Source of the DNA: Nitrosopumilus sp.
GTDB lineage: Archaea; Thermoproteota; Nitrososphaeria; Nitrososphaerales; Nitrosopumilaceae
Reading direction: 5' to 3'
NCBI GenBank assembly: GCA_965207445.1
Contig: CBDBLX010000002.1
Span: 1,111,849 to 1,175,848, forward strand
DNA length: 64,000 nucleotides
The notes below the pieces were generated by a model that saw nothing but the letters and a program-made list of their open reading frames with translations, did no database searches and was not told the origin of the DNA. A program made the translations under genes and the position numbers. Within the stretch, counting starts at the first letter, position 1; each line of letters opens with the position of its first letter. This document shows positions 43,883-54,198 of this stretch, in pieces.

Positions 43883-44824
43883 ATGCTAAAGAAATCATGG
43901 GACAAGTCAGATACTAAAAGCATATCAAAGAAAATGATCGAAAAGGTAAGACCAGACGAGTCACTCCCAAAGAGAATTTCATTAGCACAGCGTCAATTTG
44001 AAATTCAGATAAAAAAACTAGATGGTATTAGTACAAAGTTGCAAAAGATACACGATACGTTATTTCAAAAAGTTATGATTGCGCAGCGTCACAACAAGGT
44101 TAGTTATGCGCGTGCATATGCACAGGAACTAGTACAGGTTCGCAATACATTAAAGATGGTAAACAATGGCAAATTACAACTAGAGCAGATAAAAATACGA
44201 CTAGATACCGTAACAGAATTCGGAGATGTAGTAGTGACACTGAGTCCATGTATGTCAATTATTCAAGGACTAGCACCATCTATTAGCGGTATTATGCCTC
44301 AGGCAAACACATCAATGAGCGATCTATCGCAAATGTTAGGTGATATCATATCTGGTTCTAGTATGGGTCAAGTCAGTGAGACTGAGTTGGGTGGAAATAA
44401 TGCAGAAGCAAATGCAATAATAGAGGAAGCACACAACATAATGGTTGAAAATACACAATCAGCATTCCCCGATGTGCCTTCAAGTGTGACGCAGCAACCA
44501 GTTATAGATGCAAATAGAGTGAATGCAGGTGTGATGGCACAACCACAACCACAACAACAACCACAACAACAACAAAGAGATGCACAATTGACGCCTCAAG
44601 TGCCAGTACAACAGGTGCAACAGCCACAGCATGCACAACCTCAACCACAACATACTCAACTACAGCAACAGGTGCAACCACAACAACCTCAACCGCATGC
44701 TCAACCACAACAACCTCAACAGGTTCAACAACCTCAACCACAGGTACCACAACCACAACCCCAACAGACACAAAAAGACCATATTACTACCAAACCCGAA
44801 ATAAGACTTTTAGAAGAAACCTAA
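43883..44824 (+). CDS. cdvB: ESCRT-III/Snf7-family cell division protein CdvB with Gln/Pro-rich tail
   Basis: ARAYAQELVQVR...LEQIKIRLDTVTEFGDVVVTLSPCMSII typical of thaumarchaeal CdvB paralogues. Confidence 0.88.
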   Translation: MLKKSWDKSDTKSISKKMIEKVRPDESLPKRISLAQRQFEIQIKKLDGISTKLQKIHDTLFQKVMIAQRHNKVSYARAYAQELVQVRNTLKMVNNGKLQLEQIKIRLDTVTEFGDVVVTLSPCMSIIQGLAPSISGIMPQANTSMSDLSQMLGDIISGSSMGQVSETELGGNNAEANAIIEEAHNIMVENTQSAFPDVPSSVTQQPVIDANRVNAGVMAQPQPQQQPQQQQRDAQLTPQVPVQQVQQPQHAQPQPQHTQLQQQVQPQQPQPHAQPQQPQQVQQPQPQVPQPQPQQTQKDHITTKPEIRLLEET

Positions 44825-44847
44825 CTATTTACGATCAACGACAATAA

Positions 44848-45093
44848 ATGATTAATTTGATTATTGTGTTCAAAGATCTTGGTTCACACAGAGTTTTGGA
44901 TAATAGGGGGTTGTTCAGTAGGAGGAAGACTTGTGGTGGGTGTATGCGCTTTATACTATGTACGGAATGGATACGTAATCCTACAAATCATGAGAAGATA
45001 TTGGTATGTACAGAGTGTAAGGATGATATCATGCACGGGGAGATCAAGGTCAATTTGGAGACGGACTACCCTTCTCCTGACAGTATGACATAG
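44848..45093 (+). CDS. Small Zn-ribbon hypothetical protein
   Basis: CGGC...CTEC. Confidence 0.4.
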   Translation: MINLIIVFKDLGSHRVLDNRGLFSRRKTCGGCMRFILCTEWIRNPTNHEKILVCTECKDDIMHGEIKVNLETDYPSPDSMT

Positions 45094-45255
45094 GACCAGT
45101 TGGCCGACAGGCATGCCGCGGAATTGCAGGGAATCGATCCAGCCGCAGAGTGGTGGAAACATTACCACCCTCATGATACGTTCACAGATCCAGACACGGG
45201 GGTGATACGAGTCCACATGTATTACGTATTAATTACTAGGAGTGTTCGTCACTGT

Positions 45256-46002
45256 ATGCCGAAGTTCAGGCGTCGTAACAGCAACAATAACCACCACCAC
45301 CACCACCACTACCACTCACCTTACAGGCGCTACCGCCGCCGCCGTCATCTGAGTGGCCGTGGCGGTGGTGGTACCGGATTCGGATTCATAACGTGGCTCG
45401 GCCCGTTGGTCACTGTGGTATTGTTCGCGGGCGTCTTCCTTGCATCCGTAGGGCAGAGCGGCGATCTTGCTCCGGTCTCCCCAAAAGACCTCCATGGCGA
45501 TGGGAACTTCCTTGCATCCGTAGGGCAGAGCGGCGGTCTTGCCTGCATGGGGTCCGCGGTACTGGACGCGCCGGATATCGAGCTTTACATACACCAGTAC
45601 ACCAACGAGCAGCGCGTGCTGGGAGGACTGGAACCACTGCGGCATGTCACCGCGATCGATGGCATCGCGAGGGCACACAGTGAAGACATGGCCGCCCGGA
45701 ACTACTTTTCCCATGACACGCTGGAAGGACTGGACCCTACGGCCCGCGGCGAGAGGGCGGGGTATGGTTGCACGAAAAACTACGGGACGTATTACACGCA
45801 CGGACTTGGCGAGAACATCTTCCAGTACAACGGCATACCCAGGTGTGACAACGCCAGCACCGTGGCCCGCTATACTGTCTCGGAGTGGATGCAGAGTCCG
45901 GGACACAGGGCGAACATCATGGACCAGTCATACGACGAGCTGGGCGTGGGTGTTGCGTTTGACGGGCGTGGAAGCATGTATGCGACGCAGAACTTTTGTT
46001 GA
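45256..46002 (+). CDS. Membrane-anchored CAP (SCP/PR-1) domain protein, GC-rich
   Basis: TNEQR...IARAHSEDMAARNYFSH, GENI, WMQSPGHRANI, GVGV, YATQNFC; one TM segment. Confidence 0.9.
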   Translation: MPKFRRRNSNNNHHHHHHYHSPYRRYRRRRHLSGRGGGGTGFGFITWLGPLVTVVLFAGVFLASVGQSGDLAPVSPKDLHGDGNFLASVGQSGGLACMGSAVLDAPDIELYIHQYTNEQRVLGGLEPLRHVTAIDGIARAHSEDMAARNYFSHDTLEGLDPTARGERAGYGCTKNYGTYYTHGLGENIFQYNGIPRCDNASTVARYTVSEWMQSPGHRANIMDQSYDELGVGVAFDGRGSMYATQNFC

Positions 46003-46699
46003 TATGAGGGACGGACCAACTACGACCCTGTCACCCCATTCCGACTCCTCGTCCTCGCCCGCCTTCCCTTCGTACAGGGGTTGTTAGTAACTATTTTGCT
46101 TTTTGAAGCGCACGCACAAGGTAAAAGATCATGCGCATTCTTCTGATCATAATGATCTCGGCATTATATGTATATACAAAATAATTGGCAATGATAACGC
46201 GCAGTTGATTACAATACACAGATGGGACAAACAATTCTGTAGTTTTTAGCCGGGTTTACATTCCTTGCACAGCATATCAAAAAAACTCTTGCCTCTGATC
46301 TTACTTGTTGCAAGTAGTGTGAATAATATTGAGTTGACATCCATACCACGAGACATTCTGTTTCCACCACTACCCTCATTTTTTATGGACACAAATACTA
46401 GATTGGTTCATTCAACATCATTGTTATCTGGCGACACATCCTTTATGTGTAAAAAGGTGTTCATGCTGTATCCTTCGTGTTTCCATCTCTTTTTGAATCT
46501 GTTTATTATGCCTTTTTTGTCACCGTCTCGATCTTTCTCCTCTGCCAGATCATTGTTCATTAGTTGGCGCAGTTGGTTGTCCACGCAATATGAGGCCACT
46601 TGTCATGTGTGAGGATCGTCTATTTTGTCTGCGTTATAGAATCGTTGGAATATTCGAACTAACGTCAGTAGTTCGCAATGTGCTCAATTTTTAATGATC

Positions 46700-47068
46700 T
46701 TATTTCTAATTATGCAGTGCGACAGATTTACAATGGCAAGGAACCACCGTGCTCCAATTCCCATCGAAGCATTTTTCTGATCGCTCCGGCAATTGAATCT
46801 ACAAACGCATCTATTGTGAATAATTTTTCATCTACAAGTCCGCCGTAATTTTCGTACCTTGCCATTGCCCACAAGCCATATAACAACATTTCAAAAAAAT
46901 ATCAACAGTAATCGAAGCTGCAAGGCATTGCTAGTTGTCTTTGGAGTTGTGTTTTTTATCACTCTGTATCTTGTCTCTATTATCCAGCGCTTACAAGGTT
47001 TTCTAAAGTAAAAATTTGATAAATTTTGGTGTGTAAGATAAAAATAAGATTTTTGATGAAAAAGTAAG
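46700..47068 (-). pseudogene. ISH3/IS4-type transposase C-terminal remnant
   Basis: KRWIIETRYRVIK...KTTSN..LRLLLIFF resembles the R-W-x-IE signature and ISH3 tail. Confidence 0.55.
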
Positions 47069-47349
47069 GGGTTCTCTTGCAAACGCGGTTGATCGGTGTT
47101 TATATGAACTTTTTATCTGAATTTGGTATTTGAGGTTAAAAAAGTGTAAGTTTTTAGTACTTTTTTGTATGACTATGACGATAGTTTGGAATAGAGATAG
47201 TTAGAGTCAATATCAAAAAGACAAACGAGAGTGGTTCATCTTGAAGAAATTAAATTGTACATCAAAAATGATAGTTTGATTTGGCATCAAAACACAAACA
47301 GATGTAGAGTGTTTGTGTATATGATGTGTAATGTACAGAGTCTGGCAAT

Positions 47350-48627
47350 TCAGGCAGAGGCACGTATGGATGCGTTTTGAATGAACGTTATCCAAGCATC
47401 ACAACTATCTGCAAGATCAGAGTCTTTTACTGGTATAATGTCAATTCCAATTGCCTTGGCAGGCGTCATGTTGTTTTTGAGGCTTGTGTGTTTTCTAAAA
47501 AAGTTATGATATACTATGATCAGACGTAAGAGTCCGGGGTCCTCTGATTTTAGTCCACATACACACTTGAGTCTATCCTCAAATTCTCCATTGAGTCGTT
47601 CGTAGACGTTATTTTGATTAAAAAGATTCTGTATGTGTATATCACGTATGTGTACAAACATCGATCCAGCCCGTCTAAAGAATACTTTTCTGGCAGGCTT
47701 TATGAACTCCTGCAGTCCATCACTTACAAGTATGCGGGGTAGCCTACGCGTACGGGCAGCAGCCATTTGAAACAGGTTAGTGGGATCAGATCCCTTTTTC
47801 TTCTTGAGGATCTCGTGGGATAAAACAAATCGGCTTGCGCCATCAATCACACCAAACAAATATCTGGTCTGTTTACGTATTTTAAATTCTAGTTCGTCGA
47901 CATGCCACTGAAACCATGCATCAAGACACAACAAACTTGAGAACCGTAGCATGATTCGCGAATACTCATCAGTCCACCTATGTATTGTAGATGGGTTTAT
48001 GATGATCTCATCCATTGCAAGCTGCACACATACTTCTTCTGGAGACATTTTAGTTGCCATCATGGACAACGCTTTTGCTATTACGGATGCATCAAAATGC
48101 CGCCCCTTGAACCCTTCCATTCCAGAAAATGTACGTCCACATTTTTTGCACATGTATCGCCTCACAGATCTTTTTCTCTTACACTTGCGCTCTCCCCATC
48201 CTACCACATCTTTGGATCTGCATTTTGGATACTGACATCTCAATTTTTTGCGCCTAATCTGTATCCTTTTTCTACGCCCACACCACCACTCTTTGTCTAA
48301 GAGCTTGTATACCCCCACCACATGCTTGCATATCTTTTTTCCATTTTGATTGGCCTCACACTGACATCTCATTCCAAGTGAACTAAGAGACACCACATAC
48401 AATAGACCTTGCACAGTTTGCGATGCGACTGTCCATTTAATCGAGCTCAGTGTAGTTATGGCACCTGCAATGCATGCAATCTGAATGCCTGCTTTCCTAA
48501 TTGCATCAATCTGAGCCTTGGAACGCCTCTGCTTGCCAGGCTTTGGGTTGTCATTTTCCAATGTTTTTGATCTTGATTGAGTAGTTTCGTCTACCACCTT
48601 TTCTTCCTGAACTGTTTTTTGTTTCAT
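47350..48627 (-). CDS. IS6-family DDE transposase with N-terminal SWIM-like and Zn-ribbon domains
   Basis: CQCEA...CKH (SWIM-like), CQYPKC...CKKC, WHVDEL, LVSDG, NNVYERLNG, TPA; start placed at MKQKTV. Confidence 0.88.
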   Translation of the reverse strand: MKQKTVQEEKVVDETTQSRSKTLENDNPKPGKQRRSKAQIDAIRKAGIQIACIAGAITTLSSIKWTVASQTVQGLLYVVSLSSLGMRCQCEANQNGKKICKHVVGVYKLLDKEWWCGRRKRIQIRRKKLRCQYPKCRSKDVVGWGERKCKRKRSVRRYMCKKCGRTFSGMEGFKGRHFDASVIAKALSMMATKMSPEEVCVQLAMDEIIINPSTIHRWTDEYSRIMLRFSSLLCLDAWFQWHVDELEFKIRKQTRYLFGVIDGASRFVLSHEILKKKKGSDPTNLFQMAAARTRRLPRILVSDGLQEFIKPARKVFFRRAGSMFVHIRDIHIQNLFNQNNVYERLNGEFEDRLKCVCGLKSEDPGLLRLIIVYHNFFRKHTSLKNNMTPAKAIGIDIIPVKDSDLADSCDAWITFIQNASIRASA

Positions 48628-48714
48628 TATACATATATCACCAATTGGATATATAAGCATTCGTGCGCAATCCGATGTCAGTGACGTTATAACGTTGTAC
48701 TGAGAACAACAAAC

Positions 48715-48888
48715 ATGACTAAATGGGCTGCCAATGCCACTGAATTCCAAGTATCTATAACCCACAACGTGAAAAGAGGTACCAGTTACTCATACATTCC
48801 AAAGCCGGTCCTTGCCAAACTTGGTAACCCAGAGGGTTTGAAGTTTATCATACGTGGCGACAAAATACTAGTTACGTGTCCGGATTGA
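48715..48888 (+). CDS. Small AbrB/SpoVT-like protein inside the IS6 element (57 aa)
   Basis: Manual translation MTKWAANATEFQVSITHNVKRGTSYSYIPKPVLAKLGNPEGLKFIIRGDKILVTCPD*; IPK.V...LG is an AbrB-like pattern. Confidence 0.6.
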   Translation: MTKWAANATEFQVSITHNVKRGTSYSYIPKPVLAKLGNPEGLKFIIRGDKILVTCPD

Positions 48889-49178
48889 CTACAACGGTTC
48901 AAATCTGTATTAATTGCCACCAACCGCGTTTGCAGGAGAACCCTATATCATAACATATAAAATTACTCTAATTGAATTACTTTATGTAGGAAAACGCAGT
49001 AGAATTTATGATTAATACTTATGTTTTCATAATCTTTGCAAAATAAATTAATCTGCAGTCCAAGCATTTACGCCATCTTCTTCATCCAAATTCTATAAAT
49101 GAGGAGACGAGCAGAGCAAACATCTCAGACTGGTTGCAAACTGACTTTAATGCAAGGTGCGAGGTTGAAAAGCCCACT

Positions 49179-49553
49179 TTAGAGGCGCCCGTTGACATTT
49201 TCACCTGGCGTTTTGTCAGGTTTATCAGTAGCAGTGACTGCCTTGATGCTGTTTTTCTCGGCCCTTAGCTCTTTATTGATCTTTTGATATTTTTTATTGT
49301 CCTTGATCAATTCTTCATTCTGTGTCTTTAACGTGTTGGCATCTTGTAGCATCTCAGACACCCCATTGGACGTTATTTTTTTCTTTGAATCCGATGACTC
49401 TTGCAATATCTTGTCAATCGGTATTGTGCAACCACCACTTGCAACAATTGCAATCATCTTTGAGACGTGCATTTTTTGCATTTTGTGTATTTTTGTCACG
49501 AGGTTTTGTGCAGCACAACTATATTTCCTCCTGCAAATAATTGACACTTGCAA
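49179..49553 (-). pseudogene. Coiled-coil ORF at the 5' end of the IS66 family A element (probable transposase N-terminal remnant)
   Basis: Lies inside the element termini; coiled coil LKTQNEELIKDNKKYQKINKELRAE. Confidence 0.45.
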
Positions 49554-49825
49554 TTCCAGTCACACTGATCGCTTAAATCATGTTTGCGCGATGATCTAAT
49601 ATTGTTCCTGTCTATCATTTTATTCATACACAATGATAGATGGAAGCGTTTTGATTTAACACCCTAATACTTAATTATTCAAATGTTTGATCAAATTCTT
49701 TAAACCAAAATTATCACAGTATATAATCATAAGAATTTAAGTGTTCATTTTAAAAAGCAAAACAGTTACCAAAAAATTAATTAAAAATATCACAAAGTTT
49801 AATTCAACATATACAAAACTGCTGT

Positions 49826-50239
49826 ATGAAGTTTGATGTATTGTTTTCAGGACACAAAAATATATTATCAAATCATAAAAAAACCATTGAAATTACAAAA
49901 GATACTAAATTAACACCTCGAGGAGACTGCATAGTTGGGGTAGGTGCAGAATATGCATGTGCAGATATTCCCAATAATATTAAAAAAAGACTACAGAACC
50001 CAAAACATATAGTCAAATTAACAATATCAGTAGGCGAACATGTATTTGAGATCACTGGGTACGGTCACGAAAATATTACACTCACACATACAAAAGATAT
50101 TGTAATACGAAAGAGTAGATTTGTCTGTTCTCGTACACTTGCAGTTGGGTGCGACAAGGCATCTGATGAAATGCCACGTGAGATGATAAAACATCTTCAA
50201 AACCCAGATGTCAAGGGAGTGTTTTCAATACAAGTTTGA
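49826..50239 (+). CDS. DUF371 family protein
   Basis: GHKNI..NHKKTIEITKD..LTPRGDCIVGV, DIVIRKS. Confidence 0.92.
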   Translation: MKFDVLFSGHKNILSNHKKTIEITKDTKLTPRGDCIVGVGAEYACADIPNNIKKRLQNPKHIVKLTISVGEHVFEITGYGHENITLTHTKDIVIRKSRFVCSRTLAVGCDKASDEMPREMIKHLQNPDVKGVFSIQV

Positions 50240-50496
50240 TCAGACATTACCACATGTGTAATATTTACAACTAGCGATTTTACCATTTATTGTGCATTGC
50301 CTTTGAGTTTTATAGATCAACTACATACAGTGTGTAATGGGATACAAGACAAAGATCTTTTTGCTCATACCACTTACCATATTTGCATGCACGATACTCG
50401 GATTTGGGATGTACATGACATTGTGCAAAAACTCAAACATTCCACTCAACTGCTAATAATACATCATTATAAAGGGTCAAGACGGATTAATTAACA

Positions 50497-50877
50497 ATGC
50501 CAGATAAAGATACGACAACTACTCTCAAGATGCCGCAAGATGCAACAGAGTCGCAAGTAGATGAGATCAAACGATTAATTGTATCAATGTCAGCTACAGA
50601 TGTAATAGCAGGTCTTCATTTTGCGTACAAACGCCGAAGCGCAAAAGATGCAGGTGAGTTAAAGGTGGGCCGCAAAAGTATGATACAAAACGAGGTGCAT
50701 TCTGTAACTATAGAACAAGCCCAATGGCGTCTTGCAAATTGGAAAGAGATGATAGCAGAATACAGAAGAAAAGGATATAGCTATCCGAGCATATCTAGGA
50801 TAAAAAAACTATTGAGAGAAAAAGCAAAATCAAATGAATCCGAAAATCGTGTAACCTCTATTACACATGATACATAG
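50497..50877 (+). CDS. Conserved hypothetical protein
   Basis: 126-aa ORF, WRLANWKEMIAEYRRKGYSYPSISRIKK. Confidence 0.72.
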   Translation: MPDKDTTTTLKMPQDATESQVDEIKRLIVSMSATDVIAGLHFAYKRRSAKDAGELKVGRKSMIQNEVHSVTIEQAQWRLANWKEMIAEYRRKGYSYPSISRIKKLLREKAKSNESENRVTSITHDT

Positions 50878-51292
50878 AATGCAAAAAATCCAACAAGAAA
50901 AAACAACACAGGTATGTTAATAGTCTGAAATCTATTTTATATGATTTTATTTGAATCATCTACAATGTTGTAATCAGGATCAATGGAAAAAAATTACCAG
51001 TAATTGATCTGCGCATACGTTCGTAACAACAATGTGTGTCAGTTTCGTCGAGTACAATAATCGCGGCGCTAGTACCCGACCCGTGACACGTCACTGTGAA
51101 TAGTCGAGTCACATCCGGGCCTTTGGATGCATACCGTAGTGAATTCTTCAAGTCTGTCTATGAGAAAGCCACAAAATTGAAAAGACACTTTTGCGTTAAT
51201 TGTGAATAGTCAACCAAGTTATGATTCAGAGTTTTCTCACAAAAATTGAATAAAAACCATAATTACATAAAAGGCAAATGAGAAGATGAACA

Positions 51293-52606
51293 ATGAATAC
51301 TAACTACAACCAAACTAACACAAACCCCAACCAAACTAACACAACATCGACCTCAGAGTCATCTATTTCATCTCCTACATCATTTGCAAGAAAAAAAATT
51401 CAACAGATAATAGAATCCAATCTATATCGTACATTACATTACGGGTATACTAAACAACAATATATATTCATAAATGGACATAAGATGATAAACTTGTGCT
51501 CCAATGATTATTTGGCAATGAGTACATGTGATACCAACAACATGAAAAATAATGATGTGTACAACCACCCTGATAACCACATCTACAAAAATATTGAAAA
51601 TAAATCATCTGACAGATCCATTGTAGATGAATACATGCAAATACCTGCAAGCTCCCGTCTACTTTCTGGCAGCACACCTGCCCACAGTATGCTTGAGAAT
51701 GCATTATCTGAATCAAAATCATATGAATCAACACTCGTCTATCCTACAGGATATATGGCAAACATCGGGGTGATTCCAGTTTTAGCAGATGCGTATGACA
51801 ATAATCAAAAATCTGTAATATTCAGTGATGCGTTAAACCATGTAAGTATAATTGATGCATGTAGGCTTGCCCGAAAAACCACCATAACATATACACACAA
51901 CGACATATCTGATTTGGAGACTAAAATTTCACAATACGACAATCAGTGGCGTAAGATTATCGTCACAGAAGGTGTGTTTAGTATGGACGGCGACTTGGCA
52001 AACTTGAATGAGATATCTAAAATTGCGCAAAAATATAATGCAATCTTGGTAGTTGATGATGCACACGGTGACTTTGTGTTAGGCTCAAATGGACGCGGGA
52101 CACCGTCTCATCTTAATATTACACACCCATCGCACATGATACATGTATACATTAGTAGTCTTAGCAAGGCACTAGGCTCATTTGGCGGGTATGTTGCAGC
52201 AGACAAGAATATAATTGATCTATGCATAAATCAATCTAGATCATTCATATATACATCTGCACTTCCACCACATATAGCAAAGCATGCATACTTGCGAGTT
52301 ACAAACAAACAGATGCAGCATCAGCGCAAAAATCAACTAGAACAAAATGTTAGATTGGTCTCACAAGCAATAAAAAATGCAGGCTATGAGACATACTCAA
52401 AAACACACATTATGCCCATCATAATTCATAATGAGGACAAGGCACTGCAACTATCAAAGCATTTGTTTGCAAATGGTGTGTATGCACCTGCAATTCGATA
52501 TCCAACTGTACCACGTGGACAAGCTAGATTACGAATATCTGTTACCGCATGGCTTGATGATGGCAATATAACTGCCTTACAACGTGCACTAGAATCTGCA
52601 ACATGA
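51293..52606 (+). CDS. bioF: 8-amino-7-oxononanoate synthase
   Basis: NLCSNDYL, SSRLLSG, SDALNHVSIIDA, TEGVFSMDGD, VDDAHG, SLSKALG, AIRYPTVP; bioB nearby. Confidence 0.92.
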   Translation: MNTNYNQTNTNPNQTNTTSTSESSISSPTSFARKKIQQIIESNLYRTLHYGYTKQQYIFINGHKMINLCSNDYLAMSTCDTNNMKNNDVYNHPDNHIYKNIENKSSDRSIVDEYMQIPASSRLLSGSTPAHSMLENALSESKSYESTLVYPTGYMANIGVIPVLADAYDNNQKSVIFSDALNHVSIIDACRLARKTTITYTHNDISDLETKISQYDNQWRKIIVTEGVFSMDGDLANLNEISKIAQKYNAILVVDDAHGDFVLGSNGRGTPSHLNITHPSHMIHVYISSLSKALGSFGGYVAADKNIIDLCINQSRSFIYTSALPPHIAKHAYLRVTNKQMQHQRKNQLEQNVRLVSQAIKNAGYETYSKTHIMPIIIHNEDKALQLSKHLFANGVYAPAIRYPTVPRGQARLRISVTAWLDDGNITALQRALESAT

Positions 52607-52770
52607 TTGTGGTAGTGTATATGATGTTATATTTATAACAGTCAGATCGTGCATATAACCATGAAACTAAGATTAAGACACCGCATACAATTTCTGCCTA
52701 AAGTGTAATTTTTAGAGCAAAAGATAAACTAGTACCAAATCATACATAAAACCCAAATTAATTCAGAGTT

Positions 52771-52995
52771 ATGATGACTGTACCAACAAGAGATGAAATC
52801 AAGATAGGCATCAAAGTGTCAGTTGAGACCAAAGAGAATCAAGGTACAGGAATATTGACAGATGGTTTTGTAAAGGAGATTCTGACTTTTTCGAGATCTC
52901 ATCCACATGGAATAAAGGTGCGATTAGATAATGGATATGTTGGACGTGTTAAGAGATTAAGTAATGTAGATGAACTGTCTGTACATTTCCTGTAA
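52771..52995 (+). CDS. YwbE/DUF2196 family protein
   Basis: KENQGTGILTDG.VKEILT.S.SHPHGIKVRL..G.VGRVK. Confidence 0.9.
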   Translation: MMTVPTRDEIKIGIKVSVETKENQGTGILTDGFVKEILTFSRSHPHGIKVRLDNGYVGRVKRLSNVDELSVHFL

Positions 52996-53270
52996 ATATT
53001 GATGTCGTAATTCACTACATAATGGGGGAGGAGACCAGAGTGGGTGGATTTTACAATGTCCTGATTGCAACCAGAGGACACAGCCACTAAACCCGCATGA
53101 AATTGATGCATGGTGATTTTATTATAATTTCATTGTATTTTTTATTTTTAAATAAACGATAAATATATTTTATAAAAACATATGATTATATATCAATATA
53201 CCAGATGTGTAAAAAATAGAACAAGTTAGAAAAATAATTAGGCATTATCCGCAATTGGCAAAAATAAATT

Positions 53271-53867
53271 TTAAAGTAATCGAATTAATATAAAAAACAT
53301 AAATATAATAAAAGAAATTATAATACCTGTATATATAAATCCAATTATTTTTTTGTGTTTTGGTGCTCTGTATGCAAAATTTTGTGTGGCAAACACTTTA
53401 CCATTCTTGTAATTTATCCACACTCCAACTCCAATTTGATTGTAAGAATTACTTAGTATGTTGGCACGGTGTCCAGGACTATTCATCCACATTTTAACAA
53501 GTGATGATGCTATAGATTTTTCATCTTCAAATCCATGATACTTTGTGGTATTATTTTTAGTTATGGTGATGGATGTGTGTCTCCAAATCTGCGCTATGTT
53601 TTCTCCAAGTGCCATATTTAATCCAGCCTTTTGAGCCCTTTCGGTAGGTGTATCTCCGGTGCTACGAGTTATATGGTCAAAATAATTTTGCTTTGACATG
53701 TCTTTGCTGTGTCTGCGAGCAATTTTGTCTATGAGGCGTATTCGTGTTAGTTGTGTCCTGTTTTGTTTTTTTCTCTCTTTGTTTGTAAGCTTGAATACGT
53801 AATATTCTATCTTTGATATTGATAATTTATTCACAATTGTGGTGCTGTATGTTTGATAAAAATACAT
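53271..53867 (-). CDS. CAP (SCP/PR-1) domain protein with C-terminal TM anchor
   Basis: TNKER, IARRHSKDM..NYFDH, GENIA, WMNSPGHRANI, ATQNF. Confidence 0.9.
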   Translation of the reverse strand: MYFYQTYSTTIVNKLSISKIEYYVFKLTNKERKKQNRTQLTRIRLIDKIARRHSKDMSKQNYFDHITRSTGDTPTERAQKAGLNMALGENIAQIWRHTSITITKNNTTKYHGFEDEKSIASSLVKMWMNSPGHRANILSNSYNQIGVGVWINYKNGKVFATQNFAYRAPKHKKIIGFIYTGIIISFIIFMFFILIRLL

Positions 53868-54029
53868 TTTGTGTGCTGTGTCTAGTTATGTCATAGAATA
53901 GGTTTGATTGTTTGGGAGGCGTGAATATACTGCCACGTCGATATTGATTTGACATGAGTTTTTACTTGACTTAAAAACTATCATCAGCAAAGTCTTTTTA
54001 TGTTATTGTATAGAATACATGATAACCCC

Positions 54030-54175
54030 CTCCACGTACTAGTAGTGATGAATCGACCCCTGAATCACTATGGGACAATGCTCCCTTTGTATAGATTGGG
54101 GCAATCCGAGCTGCTGTATGATTGGGCTGCGAGCCCTGATAGGAGTATGCAGCTTCCGTTTCATCAAAAGACATC
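54030..54175 (+). ncRNA. Candidate bridge/seekRNA of the IS110-family element
   Basis: Two stem/internal-loop/stem modules; loop sequences match the element junctions (see findings). Confidence 0.6.
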
Positions 54176-54198
54176 CGACCAGGAGGTGATAGCAAAGG

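Larger units (their letters stand above)
47070..48942 (-). mobile_element. IS6-family insertion sequence
   Basis: Inverted termini GGTTCTCTTGCAAACGCGGTTG / CAACCGCGTTTGCAGGAGAACC resemble IS6 ends (GGTTCTGTTGCAAA). Confidence 0.88.
46087..49769 (-). mobile_element. Decayed IS66-family element (family A) with nested ISH3-like remnant and IS6 element
   Basis: Termini GTAACTATTTTGCTTTTTGAAG and AAAAAGCAAAACAGTTAC; 49590-49769 homologous to 34452-34631; 46087-46630 homologous to 33894-34446. Confidence 0.8.

Noticed and set aside
45316..46087. Overlapping ORFs over the CAP gene
   Set aside because: High GC lowers stop frequency; only the CAP frame has family motifs
48628..48765. Longer N-terminus for the IS6 transposase as given in the ORF track
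   Set aside because: Overlaps the divergent small ORF and promoter-like region; the ATG at 48627 is more plausible
50960..51151. Possible transposase fragment (VLDETD)
   Set aside because: Single weak motif, no termini found
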